NCBI GenBank assembly: GCA_963758915.1
Contig: CAVWXH010000016.1
Span: forward strand, 1 to 64,000
Direction: 5' to 3'
DNA from: an uncultured Methanomicrobiales archaeon
GTDB lineage: Archaea; Halobacteriota; Methanomicrobia; Methanomicrobiales; Methanospirillaceae
Length of the DNA: 64,000 nt
Below are positions 23,978 to 34,260 of this stretch, piece by piece. The notes under the pieces were generated by a model. It saw only the letters and a program-made list of their open reading frames with translations. It ran no database searches and was not told where the DNA came from. Numbering within the stretch: position 1 is the first letter of the stretch; every line of letters begins with the position of its first letter. A program made the position numbers and the translations under genes.

Positions 23978-25009
23978 ATGGAGCTACAGAGCATTGAAGC
24001 CCGTCTCGATTCGATCGACCGGGTGCGGCTGGCGGACCTGCCGACGCCGATCGAGGACGCCCCGCGGCTGGCCGGGCACGCCGGGCTCGCTCGGCTGCTG
24101 GTCAAGCGCGACGACAAGACCGGTCTGGCGCTCGGCGGCAACAAGGTCCGCAAGCTGGAGTACGACCTCGCGGAGGTCGCCCGCGGCGGGCACGACCTGG
24201 TGGTGACGATCGGCGGCACCCAGTCGAACCACGCGGCGATCACCGCCGCCGCGGCCCGCAAGCTCGGGATCGACGTCAAGCTGGTGCTCGGCGGTCCGGA
24301 CTTCGACCGAGTACAGCGGCAACCTGCTGCTCGACGTGCTGCTCGGCGCCGAGATCCGCTATCTCGTCGACGACGACGCCAACGACTCCCTCGCCGCGGC
24401 GATGGCCGAGTGGGTGGAGGAGCTGCGGCGCGCAGGGCGAAACCCGCTGGCGCTGCCGATCGGCGGTAGCACCGGGGCCGGGGCGCTGGGCTACGTCCGG
24501 GCGATGCGCGAGCTGGCCGGGCAGATCGGCGACGGGCCGGTGCAGGTCGTCGCCGGCATCGGCTCCTGCGGCACCTTCGCCGGTCTCAACCTCGGCGCGC
24601 GGCTGTTCCTGCCGCGGGCGCGGATCGTCGGGATCAGCGTCTCCCGCACCGCCCGGGCGATCCGCGGAGCGCACCCTGGAGCTGATCGGCGACAGCGCTC
24701 GAGCTGCTGGCGATCGACCCCGGATTGGCCGAGTCCGACCTGGAGTGCTTCGACGCGTACGTCGACGAGTACGGCATCGCGACCGACGCGGGCCTCGACG
24801 GCGATCCGCGCTGCGGCCCACCTGGAAGGGCTGCTGCTCGACCCGGTCTACACCGGGAAGGTGATGGCCGGGCTGCTCGACCTGGCGCGGCGCGGGTTCT
24901 CGACCCGGCCGTGCCGACGGTCTTCCTCCACACCGGCGGCGTGCCGATCGTGTTCGCCTTCGAGGGTCTGCTCCGCCAGCAGGCCGTCTGCACCAGGATC
25001 GAGCGGTGA
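23978..25009 (+). CDS. D-cysteine desulfhydrase / ACC deaminase-family PLP enzyme (frameshifted)
   Basis: PTPIE; VKRDD.TGLALGGNKVRKLEY; GGTQSNH; LDPVYTGK; FLHTGG. Confidence 0.9.
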
Positions 25010-25012
25010 CGC

Positions 25013-26143
25013 GTGGTCGATCGAGCACGCCTCGCTGGCGCGTTCGCCGTCCCCTGCGTCGTCCTCGGCTGGACTCTCACGCCTGGCCGTCGGGAGCCGG
25101 CGCGACGACGCCGCCGTGGAGCCGTCCCGGCGCTGTCGCCGCGCTTCGCCGACCCGGATGCCCGCGGTACGCGAGCGACGCCGCGGCGATCGCCCTCGGC
25201 CGGATCGGACCCGCCGGCACGGGACGCGATCGACCCCCTGGTCGCGACGTTCGCCGACGAGGACCTCTACCTCGCCGGGGCGCCGCGGCGTGGCGCTCGG
25301 CCGGATCGGCAGCGGAGCGCCGTGCCGGCGCTGGTCAGGGCGCTCGGCCGACCCGAACGAGAACGTGCGCTGGTCCGCGGCGATCGCCCTCGGCCGGCTG
25401 GGGCCCGCGGCGCGCGACGCGGTGGCGCCGCTGACCCGGGCGCCTGGGCGACGCCAGCGAGAACGTCCGCTCGTGCGCGGCGATCGCCCTCGGCGCCATC
25501 GGCCCGGCCGCCGGTCGCTGCCATCCCGGCGCTCACCGAGGCGCTCCACGACCGGGACGAGGACGGTGCGGCGCGGCGCGCGCGCTCGCACTCGCGGCAG
25601 ATCGCTCCCCGGGCCGCAGCGCAGCCGCTCGACTCGCGGCGCCTTGTCGCCACGATCGACCGTCTCACGCCGGCGCTGATGGACGAGCTCCACGTCCCCG
25701 GGGTGTCGATCGCCCTGATCCGCGACGGCGAGATCGTCTGGTCGAAGGGGTTCGGCTTCAAGGACGCCGCGACGAAGGAGCCGGTCACCCGGGAGACGCT
25801 GTTCGAGGCGGCGTCGATGAGCAAGCCGGTCTTCGCCGTGCTGGCGATGCAGCTGGTCGACGCCAGGCAGCTCGACCTCGACCGCCCGCTCGTCGACTAC
25901 GTGACCGAGCAGACCGTGCCCGACCAGCCCGAGCGGCGGCGGTCACCGCGCGGATGGTGCTCTCGCACACCGCCGGCTTCCCCAACTGGCGCCCCGGCGG
26001 CGAGGAGCGCGAAGGCCCGCTGCCGCTGCTGTTCGGGCCGGGCTCGCGCTTCGGCTACTCCGGCGAAGGGGTGTTCTACCTGCAGCGGGTGGTCGAGCCG
26101 ATCACCGGCCAGCCGCTCGACCTGCTGGCCCGCGCGGCGCTCT
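25013..26143 (+). CDS. HEAT-repeat plus serine hydrolase (beta-lactamase-family) fusion, truncated at the junction
   Basis: Repeats of VR.AAIALGRIGP.A..A.P.L; VPGVSIALIRDGEIVWSKGFG; FEAASMSK (SxxK); LSHTAG; YSGEG. Confidence 0.8.
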
Positions 26144-26146
26144 TTT
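26141..26146. other. Chimeric junction between GC-rich bacterial DNA and archaeal DNA
   Basis: Abrupt change in composition and codon usage; both flanking genes are cut mid-sequence. Confidence 0.9.
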
Positions 26147-26873
26147 AATCATATCAACAAAACGGGATATCCCGATGTACCGGGAAGCTTCTGAGGAGAC
26201 GGCTCACAGATTGGGCTCTCATTTTCATACGCAGTCCAGGATAAACCAGGTGGACTTGCAGAGGCATTCATTGTTGGTGAAAAATTCATCGGAAAAGATA
26301 AGGTTGCACTGATTCTCGGCGACAATATTTTTTATGGCCAGCATTTCTCTGACCTCCTGCATGAAGCGAAAGAGATTGACAACGGTGCAGTGATCTTCGG
26401 TTACTATGTTAGGGACCCAAGGGCTGTACGGGGTAGTGGAATTTGATGGTGAAGGGAAGGTCCTTTCCATCGAGGAGAAACCAATCCACCCAAAATCAAA
26501 TTATGCAGTTCCGGGCCTGTATTTCTATGATAATACCGTCATTGATATAGCAAAACACCTTAAACCTTCCGGGCAGGGGCGAGGCCGAAATTACCGATGT
26601 GAATAGGGAATATTTGAAAGCAGGGAAAACTGAACGTCAAAATTTTCGGGAGAGGGATGGCATGGCTCGACGCCGGGACCCATGAATCCCTGCTCGAATC
26701 ATCCAATTTCATCTCGACAATTCAGAAAAGACAGGGGATGTATGTGGCGTGTATTGAAGAGATTGCTGTACCGGAGCGGGTATATCGGGAAGGAACAACT
26801 AAAGGCAATTGCACAATCGATGAGTAACACCGAATATGGCCAATACCTGTCGTATATTGCAGATTCAGAATAG
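26144..26873 (+). CDS. rfbA: Glucose-1-phosphate thymidylyltransferase (5'-truncated, frameshifted)
   Basis: LIIST; GDGSQIG; [14 protein letters not shown]; [10 protein letters not shown]; [18 protein letters not shown]; AWLDAGT. Confidence 0.93.
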
Positions 26874-26883
26874 GGTGTTGTAA

Positions 26884-27466
26884 TTGGGAAAACTGAAACT
26901 GTATAAAAACCTCTCTTGAAGGGGTAGTCCTTATTGAGCCCATGATATTCCGGGATTCCCGGGGTTTTTTTCTTGAAACCTATAATAAGCAGGAATTTGA
27001 GGACCTTGGAATATCCGATATATTTGTTCAGGACAACCAGTCCTTGTCAGCCAGGGGAGTCCTTCGAGGGCTCCATTTTCAACGCGAGCATCCGCAGGTC
27101 AAACTGGTCCGGGTATTAAATGGGGAGATTTTCGATGTCGTGGTCGATATCAGGAAGGGGTCCCCCACCTACGGACAACATGAAGGATTTTTCATGTCAG
27201 ATGCTGATCAGAAGATGCTCTATGTTCCGGTTGGGTTCGCACATGGTTTTATGGCATTGGTGGATGATACCGAAGTGATGTACAAAGTTTCCGATTATTA
27301 TCATCCCCAGTCCGATGCGGGGATTATCTGGAATGATCCTGGGTTGGGAATTGCATGGCCACTTGAAAAATTTGGGATTAGGACACCTATTGTATCAGAG
27401 AAAGACGCACTGTTGCCGCCAGTCTGCCAGTTTGACTCCCCATTCACCTACGCCGGGAACGGGTGA
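26884..27466 (+). CDS. rfbC: dTDP-4-dehydrorhamnose 3,5-epimerase
   Basis: DSRGFFLETY; QDNQS.S..GVLRGLHFQ; FDVVVDIRKGSPT; GFAHGF. Probable TTG start with a homopolymer indel. Confidence 0.95.
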
Positions 27467-27513
27467 AAGGCTTTGCGATGTAATAAAGGAATCCGTGAGG
27501 ATGTGATAAACCG

Positions 27514-28365
27514 ATGAAATTTCTTATCACCGGGGTACATGGGCAGTTAGGCCAGGATTTTCAGAAACTGTTTGAAGATAATTCGGTTGATTATATCTCA
27601 ACAGGCTCAAAAGATCTTGATATATCTGACGTTCAATTAACCAAACAATTCATTTTGAATAATCCAGTTGATGTGATCATAAATTGTGCCGCATATAACG
27701 CAGTAGATCTCGCGGAAACCCAGTGGCAAAAGGCATTCGCTGTAAATGGACTTGGGGTAAGAAATCTCGCGCTTTCAGCGAAACGAACCGGTGCATTGCT
27801 GGTCCATTTTTCAAGTGATTATGTTTTCGATGGTGAAAAGAAAAGACCTTATACTATCGCTGATCATCCGGAACCGATAAGTCGTTATGGTGAGAGCAAA
27901 CTCCTTGGTGAACAATTTATACGGGATATTACTGATCAGTTTATCCTCATCAGGACCAGCTGGGTATTTGGAAAAGGCAATGATAATTTCGTGAAAAAGG
28001 TCATTTCCTGGAGCAAAAATCTGGACGAAATCAGGGTTGTTGAAGACCAGGTCGCTTCTCCGACCTACACGGCTGACCTGGCAAGGGCGACGCTCGATCT
28101 GGTGAAGTCGGAGGCATTTGGGATCTACCATGTTACGAATTCAGGCCATTGCTCACGTTATGAATGGGCCGCCTATATCCTTGGGCAAACCGGGTGGCAG
28201 GGCAATCTTCAATCTGCTAAATCCGCGGATTTCAATACCCCTGCGAAGAGGCCTTCGTTCTCTGTGCTGGACAATTTCGGTACTCCGGAAACACTCGGTA
28301 TTCATTACCGGACTGGCAGGATGCGACAACACAGATTCCTTAAAGAACCGGGGATGATGGAATGA
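27514..28365 (+). CDS. rfbD: dTDP-4-dehydrorhamnose reductase
   Basis: ITG..GQLG; NCAAYNAVD; SSDYVFDG; YGESK; DQVASPT. Confidence 0.95.
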   Translation: MKFLITGVHGQLGQDFQKLFEDNSVDYISTGSKDLDISDVQLTKQFILNNPVDVIINCAAYNAVDLAETQWQKAFAVNGLGVRNLALSAKRTGALLVHFSSDYVFDGEKKRPYTIADHPEPISRYGESKLLGEQFIRDITDQFILIRTSWVFGKGNDNFVKKVISWSKNLDEIRVVEDQVASPTYTADLARATLDLVKSEAFGIYHVTNSGHCSRYEWAAYILGQTGWQGNLQSAKSADFNTPAKRPSFSVLDNFGTPETLGIHYRTGRMRQHRFLKEPGMME

Positions 28366-29424
28366 CCCTTCTTGTCACCGGGGTTGCCGGATTTATTGGT
28401 AGCAATTTCGTCTATTATTACCTCAACAGGTATCCGGAACGGACCTTACTTGGTATTGATAATCTTTCTTATGCAGGGAATCTCGGGAATCTGTCTTCAT
28501 TAACAAGAGAACAGCGAGATCGTTTTTCATTTGTCAGGTGTGATATCACTGATCCATCCTGTGTCGCAGTCTGTATTCGATAACACTGAAATCGATGGCG
28601 TGATCAATATGGCGGCCGAGACCCATGTGGACCGATCCATACTGGACCCTCAGGTCTTTCTTAAGACCAACATTATTGGCACCCACACCTTACTTGAACA
28701 GGCAAAGGAGCAATGGTGTCATAAGGGTGCATGGAAAGCAGGGAAAAAATTTCTCCAGGTCTCAACAGACGAAGTCTATGGTTCCCTGGGCCCGACGGGT
28801 ATTTCACAGAAAAAACCCCCCTCGACCCACATAGTCCCTACTCAACGAGCAAGGCATCCGCCGATCTGTAGTGAAGGCCTACCACGATACCTATGGAATG
28901 CCCGTCAACATCACACGATGTTCGAATAATTATGGGCCATACCAATTCCCTGAAAAACTAATCCCCCTCGCTGATTAACAATGCGTTGAATCATAAGCCG
29001 ATTCCTGTGTATGGGGATGGAACACAAATCAGGGACTGGCTTTATGTTGATGATCACTGCAGGGCAATCGATCTGCGTCTTAGAGAAAGGTCTCACTGGC
29101 GAGGTATATAATATAGGTGGCAGCAATGAATGGGAAAATATTAAAATAATCAAAAAAATTATCGCGCTGCTAGGTAAAGAGACGAATGATCCGGAAATTA
29201 ATGATAGTCTGATCGAATATGTCAGGGATAGACCAGGTCATGACCGCCGTTATGCGATCGATCCAGCCAAAATAATAGCGATATTGGGTTGGAAGCAGGA
29301 AGTAACATTCGAAAAAGGTCTTCACATGACGGTCCGGTGGTATCTTGATAACCCGGATTGGATCCGAGATGTTATTTCCGGGGAATGCCATGAATTTTAT
29401 AAAAAGAATTATCAGAACCGGTGA
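28362..29424 (+). CDS. rfbB: dTDP-glucose 4,6-dehydratase (frameshifted)
   Basis: [13 protein letters not shown]; [10 protein letters not shown]; QVSTDEVYG; [12 protein letters not shown]. Confidence 0.95.
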
Positions 29425-29543
29425 TCAGCATATTGATACAAATCCCTTCATCAATACGAGTCGCAATCATTCAACACATTTTATTAGCAAAATGACACCT
29501 ATTTAATTTACAATAGGATAAAAAAAAGTTCTGAAGGTTTTTT

Positions 29544-30443
29544 ATGCCAGATCCACACAAAAAAATTACCCTCATGCCTGCCTATAACGAGGAGGTCCCT
29601 ATAGGGAGCATGGTCCTACCTCGCAAGGCAGTATTGTGACCAGGTAATCGTCATTGATGATGGCAGCCAGGACAGGACTGCAGAAGTTGCAGGGAAAGCG
29701 GGTGCAATTGTAATTATCCACAAAAATAATACTGGCAAGGGTGGAGCATTAAAAACAGGATTCGAAGTCTGCGGTTAACAACGGAGCTGATATTATTGTC
29801 ACAATTGATGCGGATGGCCAGCACAACCCCTCCGAAATACCCAAACTGATTGCGCCAATCGTCTCCGGTGAAGCAGATATTGTAAATGGAAGCAGATATT
29901 TGTCTGGAAATAAAAAGATACCCCATCTATCGCCGAATAGGCCAGACTGTTCTCGATAAGGCAACCAATATCGATTGTGGGCTTTCATTAACTGATACAC
30001 AAAGCGGTTACCGGGCATTTTCTGCAAAAAAAATTGACATTTTCCACTTTCAACAGACCGGATTTGCAATAGAGAGTGAAATGTTATCCGACGCTGCCCG
30101 GGCAGGTCTTAAGATAAAAGAAGTAGAGATTGGAGTGCGGTATGATGTCGATGGGTCCACCGAACATCCTTTGAGTCATGGATTCCGGGTATTTGTAAAA
30201 ATTCTCCATGATATGGAACTTAACAGACCCATCTGGTATTTTACTGTACCGGGCATTATTCTTGCTGCAATCGGAATTACAATGGGATTGGTATTTCTCA
30301 GTGACTTTTACCATGGTGGGAGTCTAAAATTCGGGCCAACACTCCTGATGATCCTCCTCACAATGGTCGGGGCATTTCTTGCGTTAACAGGTATTATTCT
30401 TGATTCGATTGCAAAATTGTTCAGGAAATATCGAGTAAAATAA
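29544..30443 (+). CDS. GT2 glycosyltransferase (DPM1-like) with two C-terminal TM helices (frameshifted)
   Basis: PAYNEE; VIDDGS.D.T; IDADGQH; DTQSGYRA. Confidence 0.88.
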
Positions 30444-30538
30444 TGAAAAATGATGAAACTCATTAATCCTGAAGGAAATCTCTTGGGATGTCTAAAAAAG
30501 GTCAAGAACATGAAATGAAAGTCATTTTTGATATTTCA

Positions 30539-30895
30539 GGCTTTGTTGAAACACACATGAACGGGAAGTTCACACCCAAACCACGAAAATGCCACGTTCA
30601 AAAATCTCTTCATATTGCTGACAGTTCGGGCACTTTTATGGGAAAACCTCTCAAATTTATCTTGCAGATTGGGTAATTCCAAAATTTCGTCACGCTCCCG
30701 GGGCTCCGCCCCGCCGCTTTGGCGACCCCGGTTGGGATAGAGACTATCCCCCAATACTCTGAATTTAATGAGCCTTCGGGAAACCCTGCCCGAAGGAATA
30801 TCTTAATGGGGGTGGGGCAGGGAGGGGGTGAAACCCCCTCCTGTCTTCGTATTTCCCTCTTATTTTTTATGACCCCGAAGGGTTTCAACAAAGCC
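30539..30895 (+). mobile_element. MITE-like element, copy A (L-module plus core)
   Basis: Perfect 14-bp TIRs GGCTTTGTTGAAAC/GTTTCAACAAAGCC; flanks ATATTTCA / ATACTTCA (8-bp TSD, 1 mismatch). Confidence 0.88.
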
Positions 30896-31119
30896 ATACT
30901 TCATATAATCCCCACAATGCAATAATCGAACATTTGGGATATCCAGGTATTTTTTCGGAAAAAAACCAACCGAAAATTAATTATTTTCTCATATGTAGCA
31001 AATTTGCGACTTATTCAAATCTTGGTTTTTTCTTTAAGTATTTTCTTGGATACATCGATGTAAAGATTGACTTATAAGGGCCGAGATGAAACGTATATAA
31101 AAGAAAGCGATGAAATGGG

Positions 31120-31527
31120 GTGCTTAAAACTGCAATGAGTGACGTGAAAAGTATTACACTATTTACGGGAGTAATTGTTCTATTTTGGGTTGTTTCAAAT
31201 GCCATTGTTCAGGTGTTACTTAAAAAGGGAGTTTCAGATTTGAATGTAATTAATAGCCTCAGCGATATTTTTGATTTGAATATCCTGATGACTGTGGTAA
31301 AAAACTCGTATATCAGCATCGGTATTGTTCTTTATATTATCTCATTTTTTCTTTGGATTTATGCCCTCACCAAGCTAGATGTAAGTGTATTATCCCCCAT
31401 CGGAAGCCTAATATTTGTCATCGTGGCAATTCTCGCAGTTTTTTTCCTTGGAGAGAAAGTTACTTCAATCCGTTGGATGGGAATTATTCTTGTTGTCGCA
31501 GGTAGTATCCTGATTGCAAGGACTTGA
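31120..31527 (+). CDS. EamA/SMR-like small membrane transporter (ArnE/F-like flippase candidate)
   Basis: Four TM helices; LWIYALTKLDVS..P; FFLGEKVT..RW.GI. Confidence 0.8.
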   Translation: MLKTAMSDVKSITLFTGVIVLFWVVSNAIVQVLLKKGVSDLNVINSLSDIFDLNILMTVVKNSYISIGIVLYIISFFLWIYALTKLDVSVLSPIGSLIFVIVAILAVFFLGEKVTSIRWMGIILVVAGSILIART

Positions 31528-31633
31528 AAGGAATAGGCTCTGAATTTTTATTTCTTACTAAAATGAAAAGAGGAATAAATGTGGATACAATGAAATGTTT
31601 ATCGGTGGGAAACTTTAAAAAACTCTATGCGGA

Positions 31634-33401
31634 ATGGGAATCTGGAGTAATAAATCCATTTTTTTGTTAATTTTCCTCTTTATCGCACTAATACTAATAA
31701 AAATTCTTATCTCACTCCAGTTCCCGACCCCTTGGATCCTCGGGGACGAAGTTGATTACGCAGAAAAAGCCAGAGTCATTATTGCAGAGCACACGATCTT
31801 TGTTCAGAGTACTGATATCCCTGATATCCCTTTTGGATATCCGATGTTTATCGCCCCGGCGTTTCTTCTTTCCCAGGATAAAGTTGTACTATATCATATT
31901 ATATTATCAATCAATGCAATTCTGACTTCTCTGGCAATGTTCCCTGCCTATTTCATAGTAAGAAAATTTACTACAAATGGATTGTTGCCCGTTGCTGGTG
32001 CCTTACTTGTCGCATCACTCCCATCGATAACGACCTATACATTCTTTATAATGAGTGAGAACCTGTTCATGACACTTGTCATATTTTCGGCTTTCTTTTA
32101 CGTAAAAGCCTGGGAGTCAGATACATGGTTCTGGACACTCCTCGCGGTTGGATCAATGGCCTTCCTCGCTGCCACCCGTATTATAGGAATAGCCTTTATT
32201 GGCGGGTTTGTGATTGGTACCCTTATCCTCGCATATCAATAAGATCAAGGGGGGCCTGGGAATATCAAAGGTCATCAGGAACCCGAATATAATCACCACC
32301 CTTGTATGTATACTCTTCACAGGGTTGTGTTTGGAGTAATAATGTTCAGGCCCGGACAGTTTCTTGCGTACAATTCCTCTGGTTATTTGAATGCACTTAT
32401 TGTACTCTTTACAAACCCCAATCTGTTTGCGTCGTTTCTATCTCTTGTGATTCATGAGATAGATTATATCCTGATCGCTTCTTTCATCATCTTTCCCCCT
32501 ACTTGCAATCGCACTCTTTCTGGGAAGATGGTCTGTTTTTGGAGGGATGTTCGGGATTAATGAATGGTACAGTACGCTCGATATTCCCCAAAAAATCGGA
32601 TTATTCGCCCTGTTGATGTATGGCCTCATCTCATCTCTTCTCCTTCTTATTGTAACAGTTACCCACATGTATTTTGCACCAATTGACGCAATGTTCGGGG
32701 AAGCAGCCACTTTTCAGGTATTTGGGCGGTATATTGATCCCGCCATTCCTTTAATTGTGCTGATCGGTGTTATTGGATTGGAACGGATGTTTACCGACGA
32801 ACCGCGCAAAAAAATTATCCTTCCGCTGGTACTGCTTGGGATTGCGATATTTGTTTTAATTTCATTGACGTTCCCGGTCGGGGATTTCAGATTTGGGGAT
32901 ACTACCTCTCTCTATTATCTGCAGTACCCGGGATCAATGATCCCTCCAATGTGGTATGTCGCTGGACTGATAGTTTGTTCATTTATTCTGTTGTATATCG
33001 GTATAACAAGGCCGAAATTAAAATCCCTGATCCTTATTATTTTTATTCTGCTCTCGACCGTACTCTGGATTGGTACTTCTTTCGCAGAATTATATGGCTC
33101 CAAAATGTACGAGAACCGGTATAACGATATCAGCAGGTACCTGCAGACGCATAGCGACGAAAATTCCGTGTTGGTGCTGGACGAAAGGGACATGGCAAAG
33201 CCCGGTACAACGTACTCCTTTTTCCTAATGAGGTTCTGGGGCAAAGGAGATTATTCGATAGGAGATATTGGGGCACGTATACAATCCAATCTGCCAGGAT
33301 CTGGTGGCGAATTGTATCTGGTCTCATCATCGGATCTTCCATATACTAAAGTATTCTGTTCAAAAACAGGACTATGCATCTATAATCCCAGATATCAATA
33401 G
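31634..33401 (+). CDS. Multi-pass membrane protein, GT-C/ArnT-PMT-like glycosyltransferase (frameshifted into three ORFs)
   Basis: GDEVDY; PFGYPMFIAP; MSENLF; GRY.DP; many TM segments. Confidence 0.65.
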
Positions 33402-33580
33402 AAGATCAGGCTAGGGCTGTAAAACGAATGCATCCGGATAACCTTTTATTGGAAACTTCAGAGTGAAAGACGAAATATATTCCCAAATAGACACAAAACA
33501 TCCAAAATATGACTCTCAACTCATCTATAAACGTTTTAATGGTAAGACAACCAATTCTGGTCCCAATTCCCCAATAACTA

Positions 33581-34244
33581 TTACCCCGATCAATCGCTCT
33601 ATTAGGGTACAGCACAGACCTAATCCGGCAGAGTGAATGTTTCGTCCTGAATCCCTCATTCCGCCGATGTCATAACGGAGCTAAATATTTTCAGCGAATT
33701 TCTGCATAACTACTAAGGCAGTATGAGTGTCTCGTCTGCCATCGTGTCTCAATCTATTGGAATCATCTCCCTCTAACCCGATATAGTAATTTTCCCATTT
33801 TTCCGGCTCTGTAGAAACATGCATGAACGGGAAGTTCACACCCAAACCATGAAAATGCCGCGTTCAAAATCTCTTCATTTTGGTGGCCGTTAGGCATGTA
33901 GGAAATCCTCTCAAATCTATCTTGCAGATTGGTAATTCCAAAATTTCGTCACGCTCCCGGGGCTCCGCCCCGCCGCTGTGGCGACCCCGGTTGGGATAGG
34001 GAATAATCTCCAAATCTCTGAAATTTCCTTGAATGTCCCAATTGAACCCTGCCAATGAATATCTTACGGGGGTGGGGCAGGGAGGGGGTGAAACCCCCTC
34101 CTGTCTACGTATCTGCTCTTTTTTTAAATATGCAGGGTTTCTACAGAGCCATTTTTTCCTTCACTTTCCGTGTCACAGACAACCCGTTACACCCCTCCCA
34201 CCTTACCCCGATCAATCGCTCTATTAGGGTACAACACAGACCTA
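33581..34244 (+). repeat. 42-bp direct repeat (33581-33622 and 34203-34244) upstream of uvrA
   Basis: TTACCCCGATCAATCGCTCTATTAGGGTACA(G/A)CACAGACCTA occurs twice, 1 mismatch. Confidence 0.9.
33805..34150 (+). mobile_element. MITE-like element, copy B (L-module plus core)
   Basis: Perfect TIRs GGCTCTGTAGAAAC/GTTTCTACAGAGCC; flanks ATTTTTCC / ATTTTTTCC; interior collinear with copy A. Confidence 0.88.
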
Positions 34245-34260
34245 TTTCCCACTGTTAACA

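Noticed and set aside
14301-25000. Long antisense and alternative-frame ORFs (e.g. 15570-16976+, 18635-20650-, 22579-24279-)
   Set aside because: Shadow ORFs expected in high-GC DNA, overlapping well-supported genes.
26141-26146. Horizontal transfer of a T6SS island into a methanogen
   Set aside because: Both genes are cut at the join, there are no mobility signatures, and the left side includes bacterial core genes such as holC.
30488-30925. Small recurring ORFs (GVGQGGGETPSCL..) here and near 34033, 39124 and 49262
   Set aside because: They derive from the repeat element; starts, stops and frames are not conserved between copies.
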